Below, in pieces: positions 1 to 10,404 of a stretch of 64,000 bases of DNA (its first letter is position 1; each line of letters opens with the position of its first letter). The translations under genes were made by a program, and so were the position numbers. The stretch lies in NCBI GenBank assembly GCA_036918135.1, contig JBALDB010000048.1, positions 64,001 through 128,000 on the forward strand, in the 5' to 3' direction. This DNA is from Nostoc sp. Lineage in GTDB: Bacteria; Cyanobacteriota; Cyanobacteriia; Cyanobacteriales; Nostocaceae. A model generated the notes under the pieces. That model did no database searches. It had not been told where the DNA came from and saw only the letters and a program-made list of their open reading frames with translations.

Positions 1-135
1 TGTAGAAGATAGCAGCATCCGTGCGTAAATAACTTGGCAGAGCAAATGAGTTGTTTAAGTCTCCCTGGCGTTAGCGCAGCTCGCCGCAGGCATCGCCGAT
101 GTAGAATAACCCCAAGCTAAAACTTTAACCCCTTC
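1..135 (-). pseudogene. C-terminal remnant of a second TonB-dependent receptor (continues beyond the window edge)
   Basis: Minus strand reads KGLKF(frameshift)SLGLFYIGD[21-nt insert with in-frame TAA]RQGDLNNSFALPSYLRTDAAIFY, paralogous to GLGFGLGLYYVGDRQGDLDNSFILPSYFRTDAALYY of the adjacent receptor. Confidence 0.85.
71..91. repeat. 21-nt small dispersed repeat (SDR-like) inserted into a HIP1 site
   Basis: Flanks GCG (68-70) and ATCGC (92-96) rejoin as GCGATCGC and restore the codons GGC GAT CGC (GDR) when 71-91 is removed. Confidence 0.8.
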
Positions 136-169
136 ATTCCCTTATTACCCTAACTCCCTACCGCAGACA

Positions 170-2746
170 CTAAAACTCCCATGAAATTGTTCCCAACACC
201 GTCAACGGCGCACCGGGATAGATGACATTTCTTGTCTGGCTGGTTTCGTAATATTTCTCATCAAAAAGATTCTTGATATTGATTGCAGCCTTCCAGTTGT
301 TATGTTGATAATAAAGTGCTGCATCCGTGCGGAAGTAGCTGGGTAAGATAAAACTGTTATCTAAATCTCCTTGTCTATCCCCCACATAATACAGTCCTAA
401 TCCAAATCCTAAACCTTGTAAACTCCCGCTTTGGATTTCATAGGTTGTCCACAGACTGGCATTATGCGGAGCAACGTTGGTCAACAAATTCCCAACTGGT
501 AATTGATTATCTTCGGTGATTTCGGCATCGGTATAAGCGTAAGCGGCAATAACTTTCCAACCAGGCAAAATTTCGCCTGCAACATCTAGTTCAACGCCTC
601 GACTACGTTGTTCTGCGACTTGAATGGAAAAACTGGTATTGTTGAGATCGGTGGTCAGGACGTTGGTTTTTGTAATCTGGTAAGCAGCCAGTGTTGCAGA
701 CAGTCTATTGTTCAAATCTGCTTTGACACCTACCTCGTATTGTGTACCTCGCTGAGGTTCAAAAATAGAACCATCGGCTGCATTACCGGTGACTGGGACA
801 AAAGAACTGCTATAGCTAGCGTAGAGAGAAATTGCTGGTATGGGCTGGTAGACAATGCCAACACGCGGGCTAAAAGCTTGGTCAGATTGACTGGTGCTGG
901 TTGCGGCAAGAAGCAAATCGTCAGTTTTCTGATAGATAAAGTCGAAACGCCCTCCGACTAGCAGCTTCAAATTATCCAGCAGAGTAATCTGATCTTGCAG
1001 GTAAATCCCTAATGTATCTCCAGAATATTTAGCCTTGAAAGTAGCTTCTAGAGGCTCCGTAGGAATGACGCTGTTATTCACCGGACTAAAAATATCGATA
1101 GGTGGCAAAGCAGCATCTCTAAAAATCACCGGAGTCTCGCTTAAGCCTAGCTCTATTCCCAAAAGCGGTTGATGGATAATTGACCCAGTTGCAAACTTTC
1201 CTATGACCTCAGTTTGGAGGGTGTAATTGTCACTTTCAAATTTACTATTTTCATAAGACCTGGTAAGGAACTGATCGTCAATTAAGCTATCTGGCTGTGT
1301 GTAGAAATTATTATTCTTGGCTATATTTATGAAAAAAGCATTGCGAAGCCGCCAATTTTCACTAAACTGATGTTCTAATGTGTAACCAGCTTTGTAAACT
1401 GTGGTTTTTGAATCATTTTCTCCTGGAATTCCTAAGAATCGACTAATTGGAATGGGTGCAGGTCTATTGCCAACAGCGACAATGCCTCGATCAAATCCGG
1501 TATCATTGTTTAAATACTCGAAATCAAAGTTTAATGTTGTCTTAGTGCCGATTTTCCAGGTTAAAGATGGCGCGATGAAGATACGTTCGGTGTTAACAAA
1601 GTCACGAAAACTCCCGGAGTTTTGGTAAGCAACATTCAAGCGATACAACAGAGTTTTGTCTGTATTCAACGGACCAGAAAAGTCTAACGTTGGTCGATAA
1701 AAATCGTAACTTCCGGCAGTGAAGTCAGCAGCGTAATAAGGCTCACTTAACGGCTGCTTTGTGACAATGTTGATAATCCCACCCGGTTCTGCCTGACCAA
1801 AAAGTACTGAAGCTGGTCCTTTGAGTACCTCTACTCGTTCCACATTCGCTATGTCTGATAATGTAAATAAATCGTTGTCGCGGAATCCATTTCTAAAATT
1901 TCCATACTGCTCGAAACCACGAATGATAAAGCCAGGAGCTCCTGTACCCCCGTAGTTACCCGATTGTGTAACGCCACTCACATTTTGCACTGCATCCTGT
2001 AGCCGTACTGCTTTTTGGTCTTGTAACACCTGTCGGGGGATGACTTGAATTGAAGCGGGGATGTCGCGTAGGGGCGTATCAGTTCGGGTAGCGGTGGAAG
2101 CATCGGGTACGCGATACTCATCTTGCTCACCTGTGACTACTAACTCAATTGGTTCATTACTTTCTGCTGATGGTTTTGGTTGTGTCTGATTTTCTGGCTG
2201 CTGTGTTTGGGGTGGCTGTTGTGGAGAAGTCGCCGTTGGTTGTGAACTTATACCAAAAACCAGGCCGATATTATCATCAAATAATTCAACCGTGGGCAAA
2301 GCTTTCTCACCCACCACCGTCAACCGCACAGTCTTTGCATTAAGGTTTGTTACTGTTATTTGGGTAATTCCCGCAATTGGTTTTTCTTGCTGAAAGGAGT
2401 TACCCTGCGGTAAACGTAATTGTGCATTAGGAATATTGGCAATAAAACTGTTGGCATCACTTTTGTTGAGAACTTGCAACGCTTGGGCTTGAGATGTTTG
2501 TAAAATTACCTCAATACCTGTGGAAGTTGAATTAACTTTAACGCCAGTAATTTCTGTAACTGCAACATTACTTTGTTGCTGTGCTAACAAATCAACTGCA
2601 CTCGTAGAAAAACCTGTTTGAGTTTGCTTGATCCTGTAAAATTCATTTCCCCAAGCAGGTTGCATCATTGGTAAAACTAGAGCGATCGCCCACAATTGCA
2701 AACTAACATACCTACAACCCGCAAGCATCCTCTGTAATTTTCTCAT
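170..2746 (-). CDS. TonB-dependent siderophore receptor with N-terminal AMIN domain
   Basis: Plug motifs (IELVVTG, TDTPLRDIPASIQV, ERVEVLKGPASVLFG), beta-barrel with terminal Phe (ISWEF); start placed at ATG 2746, uncertain. Confidence 0.93.
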   Translation of the reverse strand: MRKLQRMLAGCRYVSLQLWAIALVLPMMQPAWGNEFYRIKQTQTGFSTSAVDLLAQQQSNVAVTEITGVKVNSTSTGIEVILQTSQAQALQVLNKSDANSFIANIPNAQLRLPQGNSFQQEKPIAGITQITVTNLNAKTVRLTVVGEKALPTVELFDDNIGLVFGISSQPTATSPQQPPQTQQPENQTQPKPSAESNEPIELVVTGEQDEYRVPDASTATRTDTPLRDIPASIQVIPRQVLQDQKAVRLQDAVQNVSGVTQSGNYGGTGAPGFIIRGFEQYGNFRNGFRDNDLFTLSDIANVERVEVLKGPASVLFGQAEPGGIINIVTKQPLSEPYYAADFTAGSYDFYRPTLDFSGPLNTDKTLLYRLNVAYQNSGSFRDFVNTERIFIAPSLTWKIGTKTTLNFDFEYLNNDTGFDRGIVAVGNRPAPIPISRFLGIPGENDSKTTVYKAGYTLEHQFSENWRLRNAFFINIAKNNNFYTQPDSLIDDQFLTRSYENSKFESDNYTLQTEVIGKFATGSIIHQPLLGIELGLSETPVIFRDAALPPIDIFSPVNNSVIPTEPLEATFKAKYSGDTLGIYLQDQITLLDNLKLLVGGRFDFIYQKTDDLLLAATSTSQSDQAFSPRVGIVYQPIPAISLYASYSSSFVPVTGNAADGSIFEPQRGTQYEVGVKADLNNRLSATLAAYQITKTNVLTTDLNNTSFSIQVAEQRSRGVELDVAGEILPGWKVIAAYAYTDAEITEDNQLPVGNLLTNVAPHNASLWTTYEIQSGSLQGLGFGLGLYYVGDRQGDLDNSFILPSYFRTDAALYYQHNNWKAAINIKNLFDEKYYETSQTRNVIYPGAPLTVLGTISWEF

Positions 2747-2844
2747 AACTAGCTCTACCAATAGACAGATATTCTCAAGTACCTCTTGAAGTCACCTTAC
2801 GGAGTTTCAATAACCGTGTCTATCTGTAAAGCTGCAATTTTTTG

Positions 2845-3870
2845 TCACTTCAGCAGCTTTTTTCCACGTTGACATTCTTTTGGTGTAATCCCAAATTTTT
2901 TCTTAAAAGCTTGAGCAAAATAACCTAAATGTGCATAACCTACAGCGTTTGATACTTCTGCTACTTGCATTTTTGTCCCACTTAGCATGATTTTTGCTTG
3001 TTCCATGCGATAGTCATGTAAATAGCCAAAAACAGTAGTCCCAAAAATTTCTTTAAAACCTTGTTGCAACTTCCGTTCTCCTAAATGAACCATCTCTGCT
3101 AAATCGAGCAATGAGGGAGGATTATCTACTCGATAGATTAAGATATCTCTAGCATGATAAATTTTCTCAACGTCTGCTGGTTTGAGATTAACTAATAGGT
3201 GAATTGTCTGTTCTTTATACAAAAGCTGATTAAATTGCAGCGCCAGTAGTTCAATCACTTTACTTTCTAAATACATCCGCTTCATCATTCCCTGATAAGG
3301 AGCATCTAACATTTGTCGTAAAATAGCAAACATTGCCGAAGTGATTTCTCCAACTGTGTGATGAAATCTCGGCGGACATTCATCTTTTAAAAAAGATTGT
3401 AATGAGGTAGGTAGAAATTCAAAGTTTTTACTGAAACTTATCAGCCAATCAGGATAAATGTATATAGTTATATCTAAACGATGCTCACCAGCTAAATGCT
3501 GCTCCATCTCATCTATTGTTGGTAAATAAAATAGGTAATTTCTGCCAACATGCTCTATATAATCATCTGGAATTTCTTTCATTCCTGGAGTAATTGTTCG
3601 CAAATTACTGGAAAGATGAAAATGAGAAATTAAAGGAAAAGGTTGCTCATCATGATGACTCCAGAGGCTTAAATCATGCTCAAAATATTGGTCGTCAATA
3701 ATAAGACAAAGTCCTGGACGTAGCTCAACATAACAATAAAAACCAGTAGAAAATCTATTTTTAGATTTCTCAACATAGTCAAATCCATTGAATCTAAAAA
3801 GTTCCTTTTCCGTTGTTTCGAGATGTTCTCGAAATAGGTTATTATTTTCTTCAGATGTCAGGGTTTCCAT
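2845..3870 (-). CDS. AraC-family (PchR-like) transcriptional regulator
   Basis: C-terminal HTH_AraC (PPSLLDLA...FGTTVFGYL...VGYAHLGYFAQAFKKKFGITP), directly upstream of a TBDT. Confidence 0.92.
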   Translation of the reverse strand: METLTSEENNNLFREHLETTEKELFRFNGFDYVEKSKNRFSTGFYCYVELRPGLCLIIDDQYFEHDLSLWSHHDEQPFPLISHFHLSSNLRTITPGMKEIPDDYIEHVGRNYLFYLPTIDEMEQHLAGEHRLDITIYIYPDWLISFSKNFEFLPTSLQSFLKDECPPRFHHTVGEITSAMFAILRQMLDAPYQGMMKRMYLESKVIELLALQFNQLLYKEQTIHLLVNLKPADVEKIYHARDILIYRVDNPPSLLDLAEMVHLGERKLQQGFKEIFGTTVFGYLHDYRMEQAKIMLSGTKMQVAEVSNAVGYAHLGYFAQAFKKKFGITPKECQRGKKLLK

Positions 3871-3908
3871 CAAGATATCTCATCAATAAATTTGACTTCT
3901 GAGAAAAG

Positions 3909-3927
3909 CTAATAAATATTCTCAATA
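3909..3927. promoter_or_regulatory. Putative FurA (iron) box upstream of the AraC-TBDT unit
   Basis: CTAATAAATATTCTCAATA resembles the cyanobacterial TTGAGAATnATTCTCAA dyad and lies about 40 bp upstream of an iron-uptake regulator. Confidence 0.55.
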
Positions 3928-4012
3928 AGGAAATTATAAACTGTGCCTGACAAAGACAAATATGGGTGTAGCGCTCGCAACTGTAGGCATGACTTTTTTT
4001 GAGAAATTGAGG

Positions 4013-4020
4013 GCGATCGC
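4013..4020. repeat. HIP1 octamer (example; many copies across the window)
   Basis: GCGATCGC recurs in coding and intergenic DNA. Confidence 0.95.
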
Positions 4021-4097
4021 TTTACCATTGGCGTGTATTCTCAAGCCCTAACTAGGGAAATCAGGAGCGATCGCTCAATAACTGATACAATCCCTTT

Positions 4098-4375
4098 ATG
4101 TTCAACAATATCTGCAAGTTTTTGGCTGAAACTTTTTCTACTGACTTTGTTACCTGGCTACTAGGAGAATCAATAGAACTTACAGAGTTAAGCCCAAAAG
4201 AACTTTCGCTAGAACCCATTCGTGCTGATGCATTAATACTACTCCAATCAGAGTAAAGTTGTTCTGTATCTCGAATTTCAAACCCAGCCAGATGCATATA
4301 TTCCCTTTAGGATGGTTAATTACCACCTAAGAGTGTATCGGCGTTTTCCTCAAAAACGAATGTACAAAGTTTGCA
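4098..4375 (+). pseudogene. Rpn-family (recombination-promoting nuclease/putative transposase) fragment
   Basis: MFNNICKFLAETFSTDFVTWLLGESIELTELSPKELSLEPIRADALILLQSE* then a +1 shift to VVLYLEFQTQPDAYIPFRMVNYHLRVYRRFPQKRM; truncated. Confidence 0.8.
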
Positions 4376-4787
4376 AAACGGAGATATTAATAATTAAGGA
4401 GTACACCTAAAGTAAGACATATTTGTGTAGTTGGGATATGGTGCAAAAGGTAATCTACTCAATCAGATATAGAGTGCCCAAGTCTAAAATTTTTATTAAT
4501 TTTTTTAGCAGTTTTAGTAATTTTAAGTATAAAAAAACTATTTAGTCTAGCCATAACTGAAAAATTTAAGAAAAAATTTAGGATATTTGAATTAGTTACC
4601 GTTCATCAATTTCTGACATCTTGAAAAATACCTAAAGCTTCAGGCAAAACATAGCGAGAGTGATTCAAAGTATAAGTGAGTGCCAATCTGTAAACCCCTA
4701 GCCTGTACGCTAGGGTGGAGATAGGTAAGTACTGAAAATTCAGAATCTATTTAGAGATCCACCAAGAGCGGGCAGAAGGTACTGTTC

Positions 4788-5723
4788 ATGAACGAAATTG
4801 TCCTACAACAACAAAATCAAGCGGCACTTCAGCAGCAAAAGCCCAAGGAAATGATTCGTCGCTTGGTGTGGAGAATGTGCATAGCCACTTTGATTTTGAT
4901 GGCAATAGGCTCTGCCACCCGCGTGATGAATGCTGGGCTTGCTTGCCCAGACTGGCCTTTGTGCTATGGCGAACTAGTGCCAGCTAAGCAAATGAATTTT
5001 CAGGTATTCTTAGAGTGGTTTCACAGATTAGATGCAGCTTTAATTGGTGTCAGCGCGATCGCACTTTTTGGTTTATCCTGGTGGCATCGTCACTCCTTAC
5101 CCAAATGGCTGCCTTGGGCATCGACATTCGCCCTGTTTTTAATCGTCTTTCAAGGTGTTTTGGGAGGACTCACCGTCACCGAATTATTGCGGTTTGATAT
5201 TGTTACCGCCCATTTGGGAACGGCACTATTGTTTTTCACCACCCTCCTAATCATTGGTACGACCCTCACACCCTATCAGGGAACTGGAACCGTTGGTAAG
5301 TTACCTTGGGTCGGTTTAACTGCTGCTGTTTTAGTTTACCTGCAAAGTCTGTTGGGTGCTTTGGTAGGATCTCGTTGGGCGCTACACCAATGCTTCGGTG
5401 ACTCTCAGCTTTGTACTGTAATGTACAGTCATATTGCTGGTTTGGTGCCGCCGACCTTGGCAACCTTAATAATGGTATTCTTCAGTTGGCGTACACCAGC
5501 ACTACATCCAGCCTTGCGGCGACTGGCAAATATGGCTGGCGCATTGTTGAGCTTACAAATCTTGTTGGGAGTCGCTACTTTCAAATTACATCTCCAAGTC
5601 GAGCCTCTCACCGTCTCTCACCAAGCTGTAGGAGCTGCTTTGCTCGGTACTTTAGTGGCTTTTACAGTTTTATCATTACGTGACTCAGTTAATCCTGAGC
5701 AACGAGTGCTGAGTGCTGAGTAG
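4788..5723 (+). CDS. ctaA: Heme A synthase (COX15/CtaA)
   Basis: AGLACPDWPLC, EWFHR motifs, multiple TM helices. Confidence 0.95.
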   Translation: MNEIVLQQQNQAALQQQKPKEMIRRLVWRMCIATLILMAIGSATRVMNAGLACPDWPLCYGELVPAKQMNFQVFLEWFHRLDAALIGVSAIALFGLSWWHRHSLPKWLPWASTFALFLIVFQGVLGGLTVTELLRFDIVTAHLGTALLFFTTLLIIGTTLTPYQGTGTVGKLPWVGLTAAVLVYLQSLLGALVGSRWALHQCFGDSQLCTVMYSHIAGLVPPTLATLIMVFFSWRTPALHPALRRLANMAGALLSLQILLGVATFKLHLQVEPLTVSHQAVGAALLGTLVAFTVLSLRDSVNPEQRVLSAE

Positions 5724-5955
5724 GAAATCAGGGAGATGTGGTTTAAGTTCGCGGTAGTTGAATCTCGACTTCGCTCGATTTTTGCGTAGTCGAAACTCAC
5801 CAACCAGGCGATGAGGAACAGAGAATTCCTAACTCTTGGAAAGACTTGAGTTAATCCTTGTCTCTACTGCACAAAAGTATTTTCGTTCGACCCAAAGAGC
5901 CAGCTTGAGCGGGGGCTGCATATAAGTTGTTGAAAAATAAGGAACCAGAGCCAAC

Positions 5956-6909
5956 ATGATTGAGACTAATGTCTCTCGCCACCACGAAACTTTTCTCCAA
6001 GTAATTCAAAGTTACTACCAGCTAACTAAGCCTCGGATTATTCCGTTGCTTTTGATTACCACAGCTGGCAGTATGTGGATTGCTGCTCAGGGACAAGTAG
6101 ACCCATTGCTGTTACTAGTAACTTTGACTGGTGGCACTTTGGCTGCTGCAAGCGCCCAGACGATTAACTGTATCTACGACCGAGATATTGATTATGACAT
6201 GGAGCGGACGCGCCATCGTCCCATGCCTTCTGGTAAGGTACAGCCACGCGATGCTCTAATTTTTGCGATCGCTCTGGCAACAATTTCGTTTACACTACTG
6301 GCAGTTTTTGCCAACCTGTTAGCTGCCCTGCTAGCTTTTTCTGGCATCGTTTTCTATATTTTGGTCTACACCCACTGGTTAAAACGCCACAGCACCCAAA
6401 ATATTGTCATTGGCGGGGCAGCTGGGGCAATTCCGGCTTTAGTAGGTTGGGCTGCTGTCACGGGCACTTTAAGCTGGCCAGCATGGTTAATTTTTGCCAT
6501 CGTCTTTTTGTGGACACCACCCCATTTCTGGGCACTAGCTCTGATGATTCGGGATGATTACGCAAAAGTCGGCATACCTATGCTACCAGTAGTTGAGGGA
6601 GATACGGCAACGGTACGGCAAATTTGGTATTATACGCTGATTACTGTAGTTGCAACCCTGTTGTTAGTTTATCCTTTGGGTGCAAGTGGAATTTTTTACG
6701 CTGCGATCGCCCTAATTCTGGGAGGATTATTTATCCACAAATCTTGGCGGTTGTTGCAAAATCCAGAGGATCGCACTGTAGCTAAAGAGTTATTTCTCTA
6801 TTCCATTTCCTACATGATGCTGTTGTGTTTGGGCATGGTAGTTGATAGTCTCCCCATTACTCATCATCTGATTAGTGCAGTAATTAATCAGCTGCATTTT
6901 ATGGGTTAG
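5956..6909 (+). CDS. ctaB: Heme O synthase (protoheme IX farnesyltransferase)
   Basis: LTKPRI, DRDIDxxMERTxx[11 protein letters not shown] motifs. Confidence 0.96.
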   Translation: MIETNVSRHHETFLQVIQSYYQLTKPRIIPLLLITTAGSMWIAAQGQVDPLLLLVTLTGGTLAAASAQTINCIYDRDIDYDMERTRHRPMPSGKVQPRDALIFAIALATISFTLLAVFANLLAALLAFSGIVFYILVYTHWLKRHSTQNIVIGGAAGAIPALVGWAAVTGTLSWPAWLIFAIVFLWTPPHFWALALMIRDDYAKVGIPMLPVVEGDTATVRQIWYYTLITVVATLLLVYPLGASGIFYAAIALILGGLFIHKSWRLLQNPEDRTVAKELFLYSISYMMLLCLGMVVDSLPITHHLISAVINQLHFMG

Positions 6910-6960
6910 GGAGATAAAAATAATTGGCGATCGCGTTTGGTAAAGAGGCGCGATCGCATA

Positions 6961-7185
6961 TCAACCTTTCCATTCAGACTCAGGAATTTTCGCCCCTTGA
7001 AAGATACTTCGTAATGTACCGATAGGTAAAGTGCGCCCTCAATGTTCAGGGACAATAACTTGTAGTCCCAGGTCTTCACTTCTCCATTTGCGGTGGCTAC
7101 CTTTTTGAGAAATCAATTGAAATCCATATTGTCTCAGGATAGTTTCAACTTCTCTAGATGTTATGCGTCGGATGCGATCGCTCAT
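6961..7185 (-). pseudogene. hicA: HicA-family toxin with an internal nonsense codon
   Basis: MSDRIRRITSREVETILRQYGFQLISQKGSHRKWRSEDLGLQVIVPEH*GRTLPIGTLRSIFQGAKIPESEWKG; GSH motif; TGA at 7039-7041; ATGA overlap with the hicB stop. Confidence 0.85.
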
Positions 7186-7385
7186 GAGATAACAATCTCT
7201 CGTGCGATCGCACCAGGAGCTAACTCAATTGATTCTGGCTGCAAATATAATTGAATTGCTTCTTTAATATTTTCCAAAGCTTCCTCTTGAGTTTCTCCTA
7301 CTGAAGTACAGCCAGGTAACTCTGGACACCATACAGCCCAATCGCCTGTTTCTGGGTCTGATTCAATAATCACGCGCCATTTCAT
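7182..7385 (-). CDS. hicB: HicB-family antitoxin (short, no DNA-binding domain)
   Basis: WAVWCPELPGCTSVGETQEEALENIKEAIQLYL. Confidence 0.9.
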   Translation of the reverse strand: MKWRVIIESDPETGDWAVWCPELPGCTSVGETQEEALENIKEAIQLYLQPESIELAPGAIAREIVIS

Positions 7386-7498
7386 AGCTAATCCTCTGGG
7401 ATGTAATTATTATAAATTGGGAACGGGATAGCTGCGCTAACGCCAAGGGCGATCCCATTTCTAAAACTTAAAATTCAAAACTTAAAATTTTTAATACC

Positions 7499-7684
7499 TT
7501 ATTCTTTAAGTAAAATTTTTCGTGGACAGTTTTGTTCATTAGGAAAATGACAGTGAACAGCATCACGGATCATTTCCTATAGTGTTTCTATATCGTCAGC
7601 CTGAGTAAAAATTGACTCGGTTAGAGCTACTGCTGTATAACCACCATCTGGATCGTCTTCAATGAGAAATGCAATTTCAGTCAT
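7499..7684 (-). pseudogene. HicB-like antitoxin-fold gene with a nonsense codon
   Basis: MTEIAFLIEDDPDGGYTAVALTESIFTQADDIETL*EMIRDAVHCHFPNEQNCPRKILLKE; TAG at 7577-7579 interrupts a continuing frame. Confidence 0.7.
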
Positions 7685-7744
7685 ATTTAACCATTGCTTG
7701 TCAGATTCAATTATTGTCAAGCAAAAATAGAAATCACCAGCTAT

Positions 7745-8344
7745 ATCAAGCTCCCTACTTACAAAAGTTTTAGTAATCTGTTTAGAAACACCAAAATCAA
7801 TTAATATTAACTTGCCATCCTGACGGCGGCGCATGATATTTTCTGGTTTAATGTCTCGGTGAATTACACCGCGTTCATGGATAAATTTCAGGATAGGCAA
7901 TATATCAGCCAAAAACTGTTTTATCTTTTCTTTGCTAAAGGCTCCCTGTTGCTGCAATTCTTGTAATAAATTCTGCCCTTCAATTAACTCTTGCACCAAA
8001 TACAGTCGCCTATCTTGTTCAAAATAAGCAATCAGGCGGGGAATTCGTGGATGTTCGCTTAAGTCATATAATCGCTTTGCTTCTTGCTTAAATAACTCCG
8101 TGGCTTTCTCAAGTGCAGCCGTTCCTTGAACTTGCGGGACAAATTGTTTAATTACGCAAGGTTCATCTATCTTATCTGCATCTCTAGCTTCATAAGTTCT
8201 GCTAAATCCACCCTCTGCCAAAAGTCGTATTACCCGGAAGCGATTTCTGAATAATAGTGTGAGTGTTTGTCCACACTTAATGCAAAATTTATTGTTATCA
8301 GAATTAAAGGGATTCGAGCAGCTGGGATTGGAACAGTAAAGCAT
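7745..8344 (-). pseudogene. Truncated Pkn2-type Ser/Thr kinase with 4-Cys prefix
   Basis: YCSNPSC...FCIKCG, GGFSRTY, HRDIKPEN and DFG are present, but subdomains VIII-XI are missing; the frame runs into unrelated sequence. Confidence 0.8.
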
Positions 8345-8519
8345 GTTTGTAAATTTCTTAGCAGATGATCTTATATTAATTTTTCCCATTTTCTGCTTAG
8401 TGGATTTCATGAATTTCTATTCTTGAGTGAATTTACTTCTAGTGGCGTCTACAGTCTCAAGTCACTTTTGTTAGCGTAGTGATATAGGGTTTATCACTCC
8501 CCAGCAGGGGGTTTATAAT

Positions 8520-9395
8520 ATGGCTCATTTAAATCAGCGTCGTACCCAAAATGCCAACGGCGATTTTTATGTAGATAGTACTTGTATTGATTGTGATACG
8601 TGTCGCTGGATGACTCCGGAAGTTTTTTATCGTGTTGATGAACAGTCAGCAGTTTATCATCAACCAACAAATGAAGCGGAAAGATTAGCGGCGCTGGAAG
8701 CACTTTTGGCTTGTCCTACTAGTTCTATTGGCACAGTTGAAAAACCAAAAGATATCAAAGTTGCTCAGGAAAGTTTTCCCAAATTAATAGAGGAAAATGT
8801 TTATCATTGTGGCTATCATTCTGAGAAATCCTACGCTGCTGCTAGCTATTTTATTCAACTTCCAGAGGGTAATATTTTAGTCGATTCTCCCCGATTTACG
8901 CCGCCTTTAGTCAAGCGTTTAGAAGAAATGGGTGGAATTCGTTATATGTACCTAACTCACATTGATGATGTTGCAGATCATCAAAAGTTTGCCGAGCATT
9001 TTCAATGTCAACGCATCCTCCATGCTGATGATGTTTCTGGGGGTACTCGCAATGTGGAAATACAGTTAACTGGTTTTGAACCATTTAGCTTGACTGAGGA
9101 TTTATTAATTATCCCAGTTCCAGGTCACACCAAAGGACATACAGTTTTACTTTATAAAAACAAGTTTCTGTTTACTGGCGACCATCTCGCTTGGTCAGAA
9201 AACTTGCACCAATTGGCTGCATTCCACGGTTTCTGCTGGTATTCTTGGTCAGAACAAACTAAATCAATGCGTAACTTGGCTAATTACTCTTTTGAGTGGG
9301 TGCTACCAGGTCATGGACGGAGGTTTCATGCTGATAGGGAAACTGTACGCCAGCAGATGCATAAGTGTATTGAGTTGATGGAGTCTTTGAAGTAG
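8520..9395 (+). CDS. Ferredoxin-domain / MBL-fold metallo-hydrolase
   Basis: CIDCDTC...CP Fe-S motif; THIDDVADH, PGHTKGH, FTGDH, PGHG. Confidence 0.9.
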   Translation: MAHLNQRRTQNANGDFYVDSTCIDCDTCRWMTPEVFYRVDEQSAVYHQPTNEAERLAALEALLACPTSSIGTVEKPKDIKVAQESFPKLIEENVYHCGYHSEKSYAAASYFIQLPEGNILVDSPRFTPPLVKRLEEMGGIRYMYLTHIDDVADHQKFAEHFQCQRILHADDVSGGTRNVEIQLTGFEPFSLTEDLLIIPVPGHTKGHTVLLYKNKFLFTGDHLAWSENLHQLAAFHGFCWYSWSEQTKSMRNLANYSFEWVLPGHGRRFHADRETVRQQMHKCIELMESLK

Positions 9396-9513
9396 ATTTG
9401 CTGCTGAGAATTGTTGATTTGGGTGTAAGGTTAAAGTTGGGATTGAAGTTGGCGATCGCCTGCACCCTTGCTTCTTCCATAATGTCAAAATTTATACAAT
9501 TATCTGAAGATTA

Positions 9514-10404
9514 TTACTCTTGAACATACTCAAACAGAATTTTGAGATATTTGTCTAAAGATTTGTATGGTACTTCTTTCCTCCACATGGCAGCTGAGCG
9601 GGCGTAGCAGATGGGATGGTGGATGGGTATAAACACAACTTGGGGATGAGGCAGTGCTTGTGCCTCGTTCGGCATAATGGCTACCCCTTGCCCTGCAGCA
9701 ACCAGAGCAATCATTGAGGCATGGGTATCGGCAAACAGGTGCAGGTTTGGCGTGAATCCCGCTTTGTGGCAATTACCACAGATACGCTCGTTCCGCCCAG
9801 GAAATGTTTCTTCAGACATCCCAATAAATTTTTCAGATGCAAGTTCAGCTAGATTAATTGAGGATTGATGTGCTAGTGGATGTGTATCCGCTAATAGAGC
9901 AGCAATCGGCACTTTCTTAATACATTTGACTGTAAACTCTTCTTCTAATTCATCCGGTGGATTGCCCATAAAGCTAATATCTATCGTGCGATTTCGCAAT
10001 GCTCTGACTTGCTCGCTAGGTGACATCTCCTGCAAACGCACAACAACTTCAGGATAGGCATGTCCAAAGCGATGTAGGGTTTTACCAAGAAAAGTTTCGA
10101 GGATGGTTGGGATGTAGCCAATAACCAAAGGCTCATCTGTATTTGCGTAATGAGTCTTAAGGGTTTGCACTGCGATATGACTACGATTCAAAATATCTTT
10201 TGCTTGTTCAAGAAAAAATTTACCTGCTTGTGTGAGTATCAATCCATCAGATTGTCTAAGAAACAGCACAATATCCAGCTCATCTTCAAGGTTTTTGATT
10301 TGACGGCTTAAGGCAGGTTGTGAAATATACAGCCGAATGGCAGCACGGCTAAAATTGAGTTCTTCTGCAACGGTTACAAAATATTTTAGATGCCGCAATT
10401 CCAT
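9514..10404 (-). CDS. LysR-family transcriptional regulator
   Basis: MELRHLKYF...NFSRAA...SQPALSRQIKNLE HTH. Confidence 0.95.
   Translation of the reverse strand: MELRHLKYFVTVAEELNFSRAAIRLYISQPALSRQIKNLEDELDIVLFLRQSDGLILTQAGKFFLEQAKDILNRSHIAVQTLKTHYANTDEPLVIGYIPTILETFLGKTLHRFGHAYPEVVVRLQEMSPSEQVRALRNRTIDISFMGNPPDELEEEFTVKCIKKVPIAALLADTHPLAHQSSINLAELASEKFIGMSEETFPGRNERICGNCHKAGFTPNLHLFADTHASMIALVAAGQGVAIMPNEAQALPHPQVVFIPIHHPICYARSAAMWRKEVPYKSLDKYLKILFEYVQE

Noticed and set aside
7577..8410. Kinase-antitoxin fusion as a functional novel protein
   Set aside because: The kinase C-lobe is missing and the antitoxin part is cut by a nonsense codon; a deletion artefact is more likely
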